Position numbers and translations under genes: made by a program. From an uncultured Thermodesulfobacteriota bacterium (lineage in GTDB: Bacteria; Desulfobacterota; GWC2-55-46; JADFVP01), in the NCBI GenBank assembly GCA_964605225.1, contig CAZSAY010000001.1, positions 7,663 through 71,662 on the forward strand: DNA of 64,000 nucleotides, in the 5' to 3' direction. Below, piece after piece: positions 1 to 9,703 of the stretch. The notes below the pieces were generated by a model. It did not search any database and was not told the origin of the DNA. It was given only the letters and a program-made list of their open reading frames with translations. The stretch's first letter is position 1; every line of letters starts with the position of its first letter.

Positions 1-1139
1 GTGAGTGCGGCGGCTGTGAGGACTGCGATTGCGGTAAGGGGAGCGGTAAGGGCGGAGACAGGGATGAGAAAAAAGATGAGGATAAGGCGGAGCCCCTCTC
101 ATATGAGGCCGTGCCGGGCCTTGTCTGGAGAGACGGCGATGTTGTGGTAAGTAACGCCCAGGGGGCTTTTATAAAAGACCTCGACTCATTGCCCTTCCCG
201 GCGTGGCATCTTTTCCCATATGAGAAGTATTCAAGCAACTATAAACCCAATAAAGTCACCTGGGGCGAGCCGCAGGCCATGCCCACGGTACTCACAACGC
301 GGGGCTGCGCAGGCACATGCGTCTTCTGTTCCGTTCACAGGACCATGGGCAGAAAATTCCGGGCGCGAAGCCTTGATGAGGTCTTTCGCGAGATAAGGTT
401 TCTTGTATCTAAATACAGGATAAAAAAACTCATGATAATAGACGATAACTTTACCCATGACAGGGCACGGGCAAAGGAGTTCTGTGATGAGTTCAAGAGG
501 CAGGGATTTAAGATTGAGATACACTTCATGGTCCTTGCGCTCTGGTGCATGGACGAGGAGCTTATAGATAAGCTCATGGAGATAGGATGCGTCTCCATGG
601 GCTTTGCCATAGAGTCCGGTGTGCAGGAGGTGCTTACAAAGGTGGTGAAAAAACCTCTTAAGCTTACAAGGGCCATGGAGGTCCTGCGCTACGCCAAAAA
701 AAAGGGCGTTCACCTTACAGGTACCTTTGTCATAGGTCTGCCGGGAGAGACTAAAAAAGACATCAGAAGGTCGCTCTACATGGCAAACTACAGCGGGCTT
801 TTTGAGAGTCGTGAGGTATATATCGCCACGCCTCTTCCCGGTACAGAGCTCTTCGGCAGGTGCGAGAGCGAGGGGCTCTTTGCCGAAGGGTTCAGCTACG
901 ATAGGCTCGAGGTGGTAAAACCCAATATCACAACAAAGGATTTTACCTCCCGTTACATAGAGACCATAGTCGAGGCAGACAGGACCCATCACCTCATAAG
1001 GTCCAACCCTGTCAGGGCCCCGCGCTATATAGCGGACGTATGGCGAAGAAAAAGGCCCATCTTCATGAATGTACTTTTTGAGACTTCCGGCATGTTCATA
1101 AAATACGATCTCCTAAGGATGAAGGAGAGCTATCCGTGA
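1..1139 (+). CDS. B12-binding-type radical SAM enzyme, 5' partial (the reading frame is open to the window edge)
   Basis: CxxxCxxC cluster TTRGCAGTCVFCSV. The preceding DLDSLPFPAWHLFPYEKY stretch is typical of the linker between the cobalamin domain and the rSAM core. The frame has no stop back to position 3 (it reads ...CGGCEDCDCGKG...), so the true start lies upstream of the window. Confidence 0.7.
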   Translation, partial: ECGGCEDCDCGKGSGKGGDRDEKKDEDKAEPLSYEAVPGLVWRDGDVVVSNAQGAFIKDLDSLPFPAWHLFPYEKYSSNYKPNKVTWGEPQAMPTVLTTRGCAGTCVFCSVHRTMGRKFRARSLDEVFREIRFLVSKYRIKKLMIIDDNFTHDRARAKEFCDEFKRQGFKIEIHFMVLALWCMDEELIDKLMEIGCVSMGFAIESGVQEVLTKVVKKPLKLTRAMEVLRYAKKKGVHLTGTFVIGLPGETKKDIRRSLYMANYSGLFESREVYIATPLPGTELFGRCESEGLFAEGFSYDRLEVVKPNITTKDFTSRYIETIVEADRTHHLIRSNPVRAPRYIADVWRRKRPIFMNVLFETSGMFIKYDLLRMKESYP

Positions 1140-1170
1140 GAGAGTTTTTTTTAATGGAGGGGTATACACC

Positions 1171-3237
1171 ATGACGGGGCTATATCTTTACGCTCTTTTT
1201 CACTGTAACCTCGCCTTTTCGCTTATAGGGAGAGACGAGTTCAGCGCGGTCATAAAGAGGTGTTATTGGCCCATACTCAAGATGGCCGAAGAGGGCATTC
1301 CCGTAGGGATTGAGATGAGCGCATGGACCCTTCGGACGGTTCAAAAAATCGACCCCCTTTTTTCAAGACGCTTACGTGAGCTATGGGCTTTGAAGCGCCT
1401 TAGCTTCATAGGCTCTGGTTACGCCCAATCCATTATGCCGCTTATACCCGCAGGTGTGAACAGGTGGAACCTGAAACTCGGCAATAAGTATTATAAGGAG
1501 ATACTTGGCCGTAGGCCCGGCATCGCCCTTGTAAATGAGCAGACCTTTTCATCGGGTCTTGTAGGGCTTTATAAAGAGGCGGGTTACGATACCATTATAA
1601 TGGACTGGAATAACTCCTGCCGTCATAAAAATTTTACCAATAAAAGATTATACTCACCACAGAGGGCCGCGGGAAGGCTACACGGTGAGGATATAGGACT
1701 TCTCTGGTCACACTCAATAGCCTTTCAGAAGTTTGGTAGATGCGTCCATGGCGAGTCCTCTTATGAGGGGTATCTGGAGTACCTCCTCTCCCATTATGAG
1801 GAGGGTGAGCAGAGGGCCTTTGTGGCTTACTCTAACGACGCCGAGGTCTTTGACTTCAGCCCCGGCTACGGCCCGGCGCCGCGAGGGGATTTTGAGAGGG
1901 CAAGGCGGGTGCTCGGCTCGATAATGGGGGATAAGAGACTGGCCCTTCTTAGACCTGAGGATATTTTAGATAAATTCAAGGTCAACCCATCTGACGGCCC
2001 CATGAGGCTCGAGTCCGCCGAAACCCCCGTGGTATCGAAAAAGCAGGAGAGGTATAACCCCCTGAGGTGGTCTGTAACGGGCAGGGACAGCGCCCATATA
2101 AACGCCCGATGCCTGAACCTGTACACGGACCTTGAGAGGCTCTTTGAGAGCGGGGCTGTAAGAGATGGGGATATTTTAAGAGAAAAGCTCTGCGAGTTAT
2201 GGGGTAGTGATTTTCGCACAAACACCTGTGACGATAAGCTCCTGTACTTTAACGACGCCATGGGGTGGCTGAGCCTTGAGACCGCGCGGCTCCTTGGAGA
2301 GGCCGGGCTGGAGGTCTCTATTAATGGACCCGTATCAGAATCGGCCGGGGTATTTGCAGGGGGGGAGGCGAAAGAGCCGGCCTTGTGCGGCGCCGGGCTT
2401 TACGGAAGTGCCGCCCCCGGGCCTGTCCCGCGTGGAGGCCGCGCCATTGATGTAGAGGAAAACAGCCGTCAGGTAAGAGTCAGTACCGGCGAAGTTGTGA
2501 TCAGGTTACTTAAAGACCGGGGGCTGGCCCTTTCTTCGGCGCTATTTTCAGCTGTATCCGAGAGGCCCCTTATCGGCACCCTCGGGCACGGGTATTTTGA
2601 TTCCATAGAGCTTGGGGCGGATTTTTTTTCCGGCCACCTTATCCACACAAGCCGTAGGGGAGTAAAGACTACGGACCTGCACCCCGTCTCTCCTACTGTA
2701 AGGGAAGATGAAGGCGGGGTCCATATCAGCGCCGTTATAAAGACCTCCATAGGTCTACTTGATAAGACCTATCATATCCCCGCGGTGGGCAATGAGTTTT
2801 CGTTAACATACAGATTGAGGGCAGGGGCGCTTCCGGCCTCAAGCCTTCGCCTCGGGATATTTACTCTTTTACCAGAGGCCTTTAACGTGGAGCGCCTATG
2901 GTTTGAGACAATAAACGGCGGTATGGGGCCGGAGAGATTTTATCTAAAGGGTCACACCGTTACCCACAACGAGCCTGTAAACCCCGCTATCTCGGCCTCG
3001 GGGTGCCTCGGGGCGACAGCGGGATGGGTGGGGTTTGGTGATGATGAGAAGAGAGTTACCATCACCTCGGACAGGCGCCTCATCCATACCGTACCCATGA
3101 TAAATTACAGGGAGTCCGGCGGAAAGTTTTTTTTAAGGGCATACCATTCGGCAGGAGAGCTTGACGATACATCTTACTGGCTATGGCGGGGGAGTAATGA
3201 GATTACCTTTACGTTAAGCGCGAAGAGGGAAGAGTAA
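1171..3237 (+). CDS. large (688 aa) cytoplasmic protein of unknown function, possibly a carbohydrate-active (GH57- or polysaccharide-deacetylase-like barrel) enzyme
   Basis: Long ORF with a GGAGG-type RBS (atggaggggtatacaccATG). The N-terminal LYLYALFHCNLAFS...SGYAQSIMP region is only weakly reminiscent of GH57-type (beta/alpha)7 barrels. The assignment is tentative; it rests mainly on co-location with Maf and radical SAM genes. Confidence 0.4.
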   Translation: MTGLYLYALFHCNLAFSLIGRDEFSAVIKRCYWPILKMAEEGIPVGIEMSAWTLRTVQKIDPLFSRRLRELWALKRLSFIGSGYAQSIMPLIPAGVNRWNLKLGNKYYKEILGRRPGIALVNEQTFSSGLVGLYKEAGYDTIIMDWNNSCRHKNFTNKRLYSPQRAAGRLHGEDIGLLWSHSIAFQKFGRCVHGESSYEGYLEYLLSHYEEGEQRAFVAYSNDAEVFDFSPGYGPAPRGDFERARRVLGSIMGDKRLALLRPEDILDKFKVNPSDGPMRLESAETPVVSKKQERYNPLRWSVTGRDSAHINARCLNLYTDLERLFESGAVRDGDILREKLCELWGSDFRTNTCDDKLLYFNDAMGWLSLETARLLGEAGLEVSINGPVSESAGVFAGGEAKEPALCGAGLYGSAAPGPVPRGGRAIDVEENSRQVRVSTGEVVIRLLKDRGLALSSALFSAVSERPLIGTLGHGYFDSIELGADFFSGHLIHTSRRGVKTTDLHPVSPTVREDEGGVHISAVIKTSIGLLDKTYHIPAVGNEFSLTYRLRAGALPASSLRLGIFTLLPEAFNVERLWFETINGGMGPERFYLKGHTVTHNEPVNPAISASGCLGATAGWVGFGDDEKRVTITSDRRLIHTVPMINYRESGGKFFLRAYHSAGELDDTSYWLWRGSNEITFTLSAKREE

Positions 3238-3262
3238 CCCTCTCGGGAAAGATGGAGTCTGT

Positions 3263-5182
3263 ATGAAAATATTTGAGAAGAACTGTGCTCTTATAGCCAA
3301 AAAAGACAGTATTCTTGCCGAGAGGCTACGCGCCTATAATGGTGAGACCGCGAGTGTGGAGAAAAATGGCAATAAAGATTTTGTCCTCCGTTACGAGGGC
3401 CGTCTCTTTAACAGCAGTTACGGGCCATGGAAAGAAGCGAACCTGCAGGCCGATGAGATAAAGGAGAAAAACCCCGACTGTGTGGCCGTCTTCGGACTGG
3501 GTTGCGGGTATCTTCTCCGCACACTTTTGAAGAAGGGGATAAAAAAGATTTTCATATTCGAGCCTTCCATGGAGATATTGACAGCTGTGCTGAAGAAGAT
3601 AGACCTTAGCCGGGAGCTCGAAATGCAGGGAGTATTTCTGGCCAACTACATAGGGCCTTTTATCTCGTGGATTCAGCGTTTTACCGAGGGTTTTGATAAC
3701 ATCATAGGCTACCATACCATGCCTTACAGATTAACCTTTCCCCGTGAGTTAAGGGATTTTATCATCAAGATAGAGAACGCACATACATCGCAGAAGGTGG
3801 GCATAAAGACGGAGATAGACTCAAGGGTTGACTGGCTGAAAAATTATTTTGCCAACCTCGGCGCCTTCTCAACTTATCCTTCAGTAGATGTTTTAACGGA
3901 TAGCATGAAGGGTCTTCCGCTCATTATCGTAGGGGCCGGGCCTTCTCTTAGAAAAAACGCCGCTCTCCTTGCGGGTATAAGAGACAAGGCCTTTATAGTA
4001 TCGGCCATAACCGCATATAAGAGTCTCCTGAAGTTCGGGGTCGTGCCCCATGCCGTCATATCAGGGGAAAAGGTAGACCTTGATGAGTACTTCGATAGTG
4101 GTGAGGCCGATACAAAGATACGCCTCATATTATCGGAGGTCTCACACCCGGCCATGTTCCGTAGAGAGGCCCGTGGCAAGTTCATCTTTTACAGCCCCTA
4201 TATAGCCCTTAGCCTTGAGCAGGCAAGCCTCTGGGGAAGCTCCTCCTTTATATCCATAGGAGGCTCCGTCACTACGGCCATGTTTGATATGGGGGTGAAG
4301 TTCGGCTGTGACCCCATTATCTTTATCGGTCAGGACCTTGCCTTTGAGAACGGGCAAAGTCACGCGCCGGGCGGTGTTTACGATGGCCAACGGGCCATCA
4401 TAAACAAGGAAAGCGGGCTTGTGGAGGTAAAGGAGCGTTATATCTCCGGCCATGAGCGCACCATGTGCCACAAACTCCAGTGGCTGAAGGGACTTGACGG
4501 AAAACCCGTTGCCAGTAAATACGATTGGGTTACATTCCACCAGTGGTTAGAACGATACATGGTGCTATTGAAGGAGGAGTGCCCTGAGCTCACCGTTTAT
4601 AACGCAACAGAGGGCGGCGCCTTCATAAAGGGCATGGAGCATGTGACCCTTAAGGAGGTCATCTCCGGGCATATTAAAAAAACCATGCCCATCGAGAAAA
4701 TCCTTGAGTCTGCCGGGGCCATGAGACCGAATGTGGATACGGCGGGGCTTGTAGAGGCCTTTAAGACACTTGTTAAAAATGTAACCCTCGTATCAAAGCT
4801 CTCCGGTGAGATAATCAAAGAGGGAGGGAAGATGAAGGCGGCCTTTCACATCAGCGGTCTTCGCATGGAGCTTGGCAAAAATCTTGAGAAGATAAGGAAG
4901 AAGGAAAAAAGGCTTTTTAATGCCGCCCGCAATGTCGCTTTTCTCTGGGAAGCCCTTGTGGAGTACACTTACGATCTGAAGAGCTATCTGAAGGAGAATA
5001 AAGATGACTCCACGGAAGGCCAGTTCGGAAAGGACATAGACCGCACGATACGCACGTACATAGAGGTGGAAAAAAAGTGTGACCTCTTTTTGCCTATGAT
5101 AAACTCCGGCCTTCGGCATCTGAGAGACCTTCATGAGAAGGCCTCTCAGGCAGAGCCCCTGGCCGTTAATCATAAAAGATAG
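3263..5182 (+). CDS. motility accessory factor (Maf, DUF115) flagellin glycosyltransferase family protein
   Basis: PLIIVGAGPSL nucleotide-binding motif and overall length (639 aa) are typical of Maf/DUF115 proteins found in flagellin glycosylation islands; sits upstream of fliC. Confidence 0.7.
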   Translation: MKIFEKNCALIAKKDSILAERLRAYNGETASVEKNGNKDFVLRYEGRLFNSSYGPWKEANLQADEIKEKNPDCVAVFGLGCGYLLRTLLKKGIKKIFIFEPSMEILTAVLKKIDLSRELEMQGVFLANYIGPFISWIQRFTEGFDNIIGYHTMPYRLTFPRELRDFIIKIENAHTSQKVGIKTEIDSRVDWLKNYFANLGAFSTYPSVDVLTDSMKGLPLIIVGAGPSLRKNAALLAGIRDKAFIVSAITAYKSLLKFGVVPHAVISGEKVDLDEYFDSGEADTKIRLILSEVSHPAMFRREARGKFIFYSPYIALSLEQASLWGSSSFISIGGSVTTAMFDMGVKFGCDPIIFIGQDLAFENGQSHAPGGVYDGQRAIINKESGLVEVKERYISGHERTMCHKLQWLKGLDGKPVASKYDWVTFHQWLERYMVLLKEECPELTVYNATEGGAFIKGMEHVTLKEVISGHIKKTMPIEKILESAGAMRPNVDTAGLVEAFKTLVKNVTLVSKLSGEIIKEGGKMKAAFHISGLRMELGKNLEKIRKKEKRLFNAARNVAFLWEALVEYTYDLKSYLKENKDDSTEGQFGKDIDRTIRTYIEVEKKCDLFLPMINSGLRHLRDLHEKASQAEPLAVNHKR

Positions 5183-5203
5183 AACCTACAGAAGGAGCCT
5201 GCT

Positions 5204-5809
5204 ATGACAGAAGTATACCTTGATGAGACAAAACTTGAACTCGGGGGTGTTAACCGGGCCTCAACGGTTGGAGATATTATAGAAGCCGTAGAGGCGGACC
5301 TCAAACCATACAGGCGTTTTATCCAGGAACTCTGGGTTGACGGAACGAATAAGGGCCTTGGATGGAAGGATGCCACCGCCATAAAAGAACCTGCCGTGAG
5401 GTATGAAGAGTTAAAGCTCTTTACAGGTGACGTTGACCCCATAGTCCTAAAAGGGATAGACACCGTTAGCGAGTATATTGTTTTTATATGCGATCTCATA
5501 GAAGAGACCTCGGGAAAACTGAGGCGCGGAGCCGCGGAGGTAGACAATTTTCTCGGCGCCATCATCGAGAGTACCGGTGAGGTTATTAAGACCATGGATT
5601 CACTCTACAGGTGCGGTCTCTCTTATGGCATGGATATATTCAGAGAAAATCCCATTACCTGTTACGAGGCTATCTTAAGCAATATGTCCGCTCTGAAAGA
5701 CGCCCGTTTATCACGGGATAATATCCTTCTTGCAGATATATTGGAGTACGAGCTTGCCCATCTTCTTAACAACATGGAGGAAAAGGTCTTTTACCGAAAA
5801 GATATGTGA
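5204..5809 (+). CDS. hypothetical protein (201 aa) between maf and fliC
   Basis: ORF with RBS-like aggagcctgctATG; no recognizable motif; translationally close to the maf gene. Confidence 0.5.
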   Translation: MTEVYLDETKLELGGVNRASTVGDIIEAVEADLKPYRRFIQELWVDGTNKGLGWKDATAIKEPAVRYEELKLFTGDVDPIVLKGIDTVSEYIVFICDLIEETSGKLRRGAAEVDNFLGAIIESTGEVIKTMDSLYRCGLSYGMDIFRENPITCYEAILSNMSALKDARLSRDNILLADILEYELAHLLNNMEEKVFYRKDM

Positions 5810-5816
5810 GCCCGGC

Positions 5817-5843
5817 TAAAGGTTCTTACCCATCTGCCGATAA
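5817..5843 (+). promoter_or_regulatory. sigma28 (FliA) class promoter for fliC: TAAA-N15-GCCGATAA
   Basis: Sequence cTAAAggttcttacccatctGCCGATAAgg matches the sigma28 consensus TAAA-N15-GCCGATAA exactly, about 120 nt upstream of the flagellin start. Confidence 0.6.
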
Positions 5844-5964
5844 GGTTATTAAGGGTCCGGTGGCATCAATGGCGGGAAAGGAGGGGATTATTGAGATGCC
5901 CTTTGCCATACGGACGGATAATCATCTGGCAGGGATGCCGTAAATTACTAAGGAGGGTAAGAAC

Positions 5965-6807
5965 ATGGCTTTAACGATTAATACCAACATCGCTTCACTG
6001 CTTGCGCAACAGAACATCAGCACATCAAGTGCCCAGTTGAAGATAAGTGTTCAGAGGTTATCATCTGGACACAGGGTCAACAGCTCGGCCGATGATGCCG
6101 CGGGGCTTGCCAGAGCGGATCAGCTTCGTAGCCAATCCAGGATGATTCAGGCCGCCCAGCGGAACGTAAACGATGGCGTCAGCGCCATGGAGATAAGCGA
6201 TAAGGCCGCCGAGCAGGTAACAAACATCATTACAAGGATGGGCGAGCTTGCCGCCAGCGCCGCACAGGGAACTCTTGATACCAATACAAGAGGGTTCTTT
6301 AAGGATGAGTACGATAAACTCATAAAGGAGATAGACAGGATAGCGGGTACGACGGAGTTTGGAGGCTTTAAGCTCCTTAACGGTTCCATCTCCTCGCTCA
6401 CCATGTTTATAGGGTTTAAGAACTCAACGGATAATCAGCTCAGCGTAAGCCTTGTGGCCCTTACCAGCGCAGGCGCCACGGGTAACGTAGGCCTCAGCCT
6501 TCAATCCGGCGTCCTCTCAAGCGTAACAGGCGCTCTGAACGCCCTTGATGCCGTAAGTGTTGCCCTTAACAGGGTCAACAGCGCAAGGGCTATCTACGGC
6601 GCCACAACGAACAGGCTCAACGTAGCCCTGCAGAATCTTCAGGTTACATTTACCAACTTCCAGGCCGCTGAGTCCAGGGTCAGGGACGCGGACTTCGCCT
6701 CTGAGACGGCCACCTTTACAAAGAACCAGATTATGGTTCAGGCAGGTATCTCCGTGCTCGCGCAGGCTAATACCCTGCCACAGAGCGCGCTACAGCTCTT
6801 GAGATAA
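5965..6807 (+). CDS. fliC: flagellin (short, 280 aa)
   Basis: N-terminus MALTINTNIASLLAQQNISTS...LSSGHRVNSSADDAAGLA and C-terminus RLNVALQNLQVTFTNFQAAESRVRDADFASETATFTKNQIMVQAGISVLAQAN are canonical flagellin D0/D1 segments; strong RBS aggagggtaagaacATG. Confidence 0.9.
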   Translation: MALTINTNIASLLAQQNISTSSAQLKISVQRLSSGHRVNSSADDAAGLARADQLRSQSRMIQAAQRNVNDGVSAMEISDKAAEQVTNIITRMGELAASAAQGTLDTNTRGFFKDEYDKLIKEIDRIAGTTEFGGFKLLNGSISSLTMFIGFKNSTDNQLSVSLVALTSAGATGNVGLSLQSGVLSSVTGALNALDAVSVALNRVNSARAIYGATTNRLNVALQNLQVTFTNFQAAESRVRDADFASETATFTKNQIMVQAGISVLAQANTLPQSALQLLR

Positions 6808-6833
6808 TCCAAGGGCCTTTTGACCTCTCTATC

Positions 6834-6861
6834 GGTGAGGGGGCCTGAAGGCCCCCTCACC
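6834..6861 (+). terminator. perfect 12-bp GC-rich stem-loop after fliC (GGTGAGGGGGCC-tgaa-GGCCCCCTCACC), no U tract
   Basis: Perfect inverted repeat seen directly in the sequence 26 nt after the fliC stop. There is no trailing T run, so it may be an mRNA 3' stabilizer or partial terminator rather than a classic intrinsic terminator. Confidence 0.35.
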
Positions 6862-6954
6862 ACCCGCCTATGGTGAGGTTCTTCGGGCTCTCAAGACCCG
6901 ATCTTCGCAACACTAAAGGGGAGCCTGCCAAACACTTATGATAGGGAGGACGCT

Positions 6955-8280
6955 ATGACTATTACAGCAACGGGAATCATCTCCGGGATAGATTCAAAAG
7001 CTATAATTGGGCAACTCGTAAGCATAAAAGGTCTACCCATAGACCAGATGGTATCTGATAAGAAAAGACTTGAGAATGTCAACTCCTCATACACCACGCT
7101 CTCATCCCGTGTTGACGACCTGAAGGCCGCCGCAGATGCGCTGAGGACTACCTCTGGTTTTGCGAGCTTTACCGCCGCCAGTAGCGACACCACTATTCTT
7201 GACGCCACGGCCGGTACTACCTCATCAGCCAACTCATCTGTTGTCGTAGTAAGCGCCCTTGCGAAATCCCATAAGATAGCCGCCGATGGCGTTGCCTCGG
7301 CTACCACTATCGTGGCCTCTTCAGCAGGTTCCTTCAACTTTACAGTTGGCACTGGTACCATGCAGAGCGTTGCAGTTGACGCCACCACCACTATTACAAC
7401 CCTCTCCGACGCCATAACCGCCCTTAACAACGGAGTCACGTCTTCCGTGGTAAACGACGGAACCTCTTACAGGCTGGTCCTTACGGCGAAGTCCACGGGA
7501 ACGACAAACGCCATAACCATTAATCAGAACAATACTACTCTTGCCTTTAATACTACCCTGCAGGCCGCCCAGGACGCCTCCTTCACCGTGGACGGCCTTG
7601 CCGTTACACGCTCATCCAATACCGTAAGCGATGTCCTTACAGGCATAACCCTTACACTGAAGAGCGCAAATTCGGCCACGCCGGTAACAGTGACCTCATC
7701 ACGGGACGTGAGCGAGATAGAGAAAAAGGTCGTGGCCTTTGTAGACAGATATAATGCCGTAATGAGCTACATCAAGGGGCATAATCGTTATGATATTGAT
7801 ACAAAAACAGGGGGCACGCTATTTGGTGATCCCGTGGCAAGGAGCATCTCCGATGAACTAAGCCGCATTATGACTTCTTCCATAACTGGACTTCCTACGA
7901 CGATGAATATGCTACTTCAGGCCGGGGTTACAAGGGACAGCACCGGTGTCATGTCCCTCGACAGCGCCAAACTCACGGACGCACTTAATACAAATTATGA
8001 AGATGTTGTAAATCTATTTATAGAGGGCACTGCAACATCGGGCTTTGGTAAGATTGTATTTGATCTCGCAAGCTCCCTTAACGACAGTGTTGACGGAAGG
8101 ATTACGAAACAGCAGGAGGGGATTAGCAAAAACATAGCCACCCTTACTACGAATATAACTACAAAGGAACAGGAGTTAAGTGATTACGAGGAGGCGCTGC
8201 GGGTGCGTTTTTCTCTTCTTGAGAGTACCCTTGCCGGCCTTAAGTCTCAGGGCCAATTTTTATCAGCCGGCGGCTTCTAA
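6955..8280 (+). CDS. fliD: flagellar filament cap protein FliD (hook-associated protein 2)
   Basis: N-terminus TATGIISGIDSKAIIGQLVSIKGLPIDQM and C-terminal RVRFSLLESTLAGLKSQGQFL are typical of FliD; Thr/Ser-rich middle region; sits after fliC. Confidence 0.85.
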   Translation: MTITATGIISGIDSKAIIGQLVSIKGLPIDQMVSDKKRLENVNSSYTTLSSRVDDLKAAADALRTTSGFASFTAASSDTTILDATAGTTSSANSSVVVVSALAKSHKIAADGVASATTIVASSAGSFNFTVGTGTMQSVAVDATTTITTLSDAITALNNGVTSSVVNDGTSYRLVLTAKSTGTTNAITINQNNTTLAFNTTLQAAQDASFTVDGLAVTRSSNTVSDVLTGITLTLKSANSATPVTVTSSRDVSEIEKKVVAFVDRYNAVMSYIKGHNRYDIDTKTGGTLFGDPVARSISDELSRIMTSSITGLPTTMNMLLQAGVTRDSTGVMSLDSAKLTDALNTNYEDVVNLFIEGTATSGFGKIVFDLASSLNDSVDGRITKQQEGISKNIATLTTNITTKEQELSDYEEALRVRFSLLESTLAGLKSQGQFLSAGGF

Positions 8281-8293
8281 AAGGAGGTATTTA

Positions 8294-8707
8294 ATGAGGG
8301 GTGTAAAGGCATATCAGAAGGTTCAGGTAATGACATCTGACGGAGTTCATCTTGTGGTAATGCTTTACGAGGGCGTCGTGAAATTCAACAGAATGGCCAT
8401 CCTGGCCATAGAAGATAACGACATTGAGAAGAGGAGCCTTTACATCAACAGGTCCGTTGCCATCATAAGTGAGCTCTGTAATGCCCTTGATATGAAAAGG
8501 GGAGCGGAGGTGGCCATTAACCTTCGAGACCTCTACATCTATTGCATTACGAGACTCTCAGAGGCCAACAACAATAACTCGATTAACATTATTGATGAAG
8601 TGACAGGAATTTTTCTTGAGGTAAAAGAGGGCTGGGACGCCCTGGCACTATCAGGCGTGCAGGATGTCAAGCCTGGCCTTGAGGTGGGGGCCGTATATGG
8701 AAGATAA
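8294..8707 (+). CDS. fliS: flagellar export chaperone FliS
   Basis: MRGVKAYQKVQVMTSDGVHLVVMLYEGVVKF matches the FliS N-terminus. Start chosen at the ATG following aaggaggtatttaATG; the longer listed ORF (8180) is read-through overlapping fliD. Confidence 0.85.
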   Translation: MRGVKAYQKVQVMTSDGVHLVVMLYEGVVKFNRMAILAIEDNDIEKRSLYINRSVAIISELCNALDMKRGAEVAINLRDLYIYCITRLSEANNNNSINIIDEVTGIFLEVKEGWDALALSGVQDVKPGLEVGAVYGR

Positions 8708-9050
8708 AAAATTAAACCGCAGGGCCTTACTGGAAAAGTTGGTTGATATGGCAAGGGGGCAGAGTCTCCTTCTTTCTCAGAATCGCTTTGACGACCTTGC
8801 CGGGACCATGGCCGAACGCGAAAAAATAATCTCTCTTCTAAAAAAGGCGGGTAAGGCCGAAAAAAGCCCGGAAACTGCCCTTATAAAAGAGATATTGGAT
8901 TATGACTGCAACCTCAGGGTCTCTATCGAAGGCGAACTTGAAGATGCGCGCCGGGGACTTGAAAAAATATCAAATTGTAATATGGCGCACAGGGCTTACC
9001 TGTCCAGCCAGGTCAAGACGCCGATAGAGAGGGGATCGCGAGATGGATAA
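8697..9050 (+). CDS. FliT-like small helical flagellar protein (tentative)
   Basis: 118-aa helical protein immediately after fliS, overlapping its stop (ATG at 8697). Position and size are consistent with FliT-type chaperones, but there is no diagnostic motif. Confidence 0.4.
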   Translation: MEDKKLNRRALLEKLVDMARGQSLLLSQNRFDDLAGTMAEREKIISLLKKAGKAEKSPETALIKEILDYDCNLRVSIEGELEDARRGLEKISNCNMAHRAYLSSQVKTPIERGSRDG

Positions 9051-9618
9051 TGCTCATGAAAGAGAAGAGGTGATGTATATGGTTGGCATGATATCCAATA
9101 GTAGAGAGTATGTGAGAATAGAGGATAGCATACCCGTTTATTACGTCCTTAAGGATGGCGTCAATATTACGGACAGCGCCATAAATATTCGAGAGTTAAG
9201 ACACTTTTCAAAGAAGGTAGAGGCCATCTCATCAGATGACCCCGAGATGTACTCACTGCTCTTTGAGATAAATCAGAGGCTCAAAAATCTCATGCAGCAG
9301 GCCACGACAGAACAATGCTTTGAGATACCAGAGGCGCGAATCGAGAATATCAGCGGAGGAGGGTTGAAAATCCTCTGCAACAAGAACTTCAACGAGGGTG
9401 ATGAACTTGCCATAAGGCTATTTTTGCCCGATCAGGCACAGGACCTCGAGGTCTCTGGAGAGGTCGTATGGATATGCGAAAATATTGAGGGTGGCTACAA
9501 GGTGGGGATAAAGTTTATTGATATTGACGATAGGGTGAGGGAGAGGATAGTGCGGTATATATTCGCCTGGCAGAGAAGGATGTTAAGGTCCGGTAAGGAT
9601 ACCGGTGAGGCGCAATAA
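9043..9618 (+). CDS. PilZ-domain c-di-GMP binding protein (YcgR-like flagellar brake candidate)
   Basis: RxxxR motif (REYVR) followed by ENISGGGLKI (the D/NxSxxG motif) is the PilZ signature; last gene of the fliD-fliS operon. Confidence 0.75.
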   Translation: MDNAHEREEVMYMVGMISNSREYVRIEDSIPVYYVLKDGVNITDSAINIRELRHFSKKVEAISSDDPEMYSLLFEINQRLKNLMQQATTEQCFEIPEARIENISGGGLKILCNKNFNEGDELAIRLFLPDQAQDLEVSGEVVWICENIEGGYKVGIKFIDIDDRVRERIVRYIFAWQRRMLRSGKDTGEAQ

Positions 9619-9636
9619 CGATGACATAATAAGATT

Positions 9637-9678
9637 AAAAAAACCCCCCGCCGGCTCCGTCCGGCGGGGGGTTTTTTT
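9637..9678. terminator. bidirectional rho-independent terminator (A7-CCCCCCGCCGG-ctccgt-CCGGCGGGGGG-T7)
   Basis: Perfect 11-bp GC stem flanked by an A run and a T run, lying between the convergent PilZ gene (+) and motB (-). Confidence 0.8.
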
Positions 9679-9703
9679 AATCGCTGTTCATATATCTTCA
9701 TCT

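Noticed and set aside
231-992. 253-aa and 113-aa ORFs antisense to the radical SAM gene
   Set aside because: Fully embedded antisense in a gene with clear conserved motifs; no RBS; typical shadow ORFs of a moderately GC-rich coding region.
8180-8293. Upstream extension of the fliS ORF overlapping the fliD 3' end
   Set aside because: The conserved FliS N-terminus begins at the ATG at 8294, which has a perfect AAGGAGG RBS; the extension is just the open frame through the fliD terminus.
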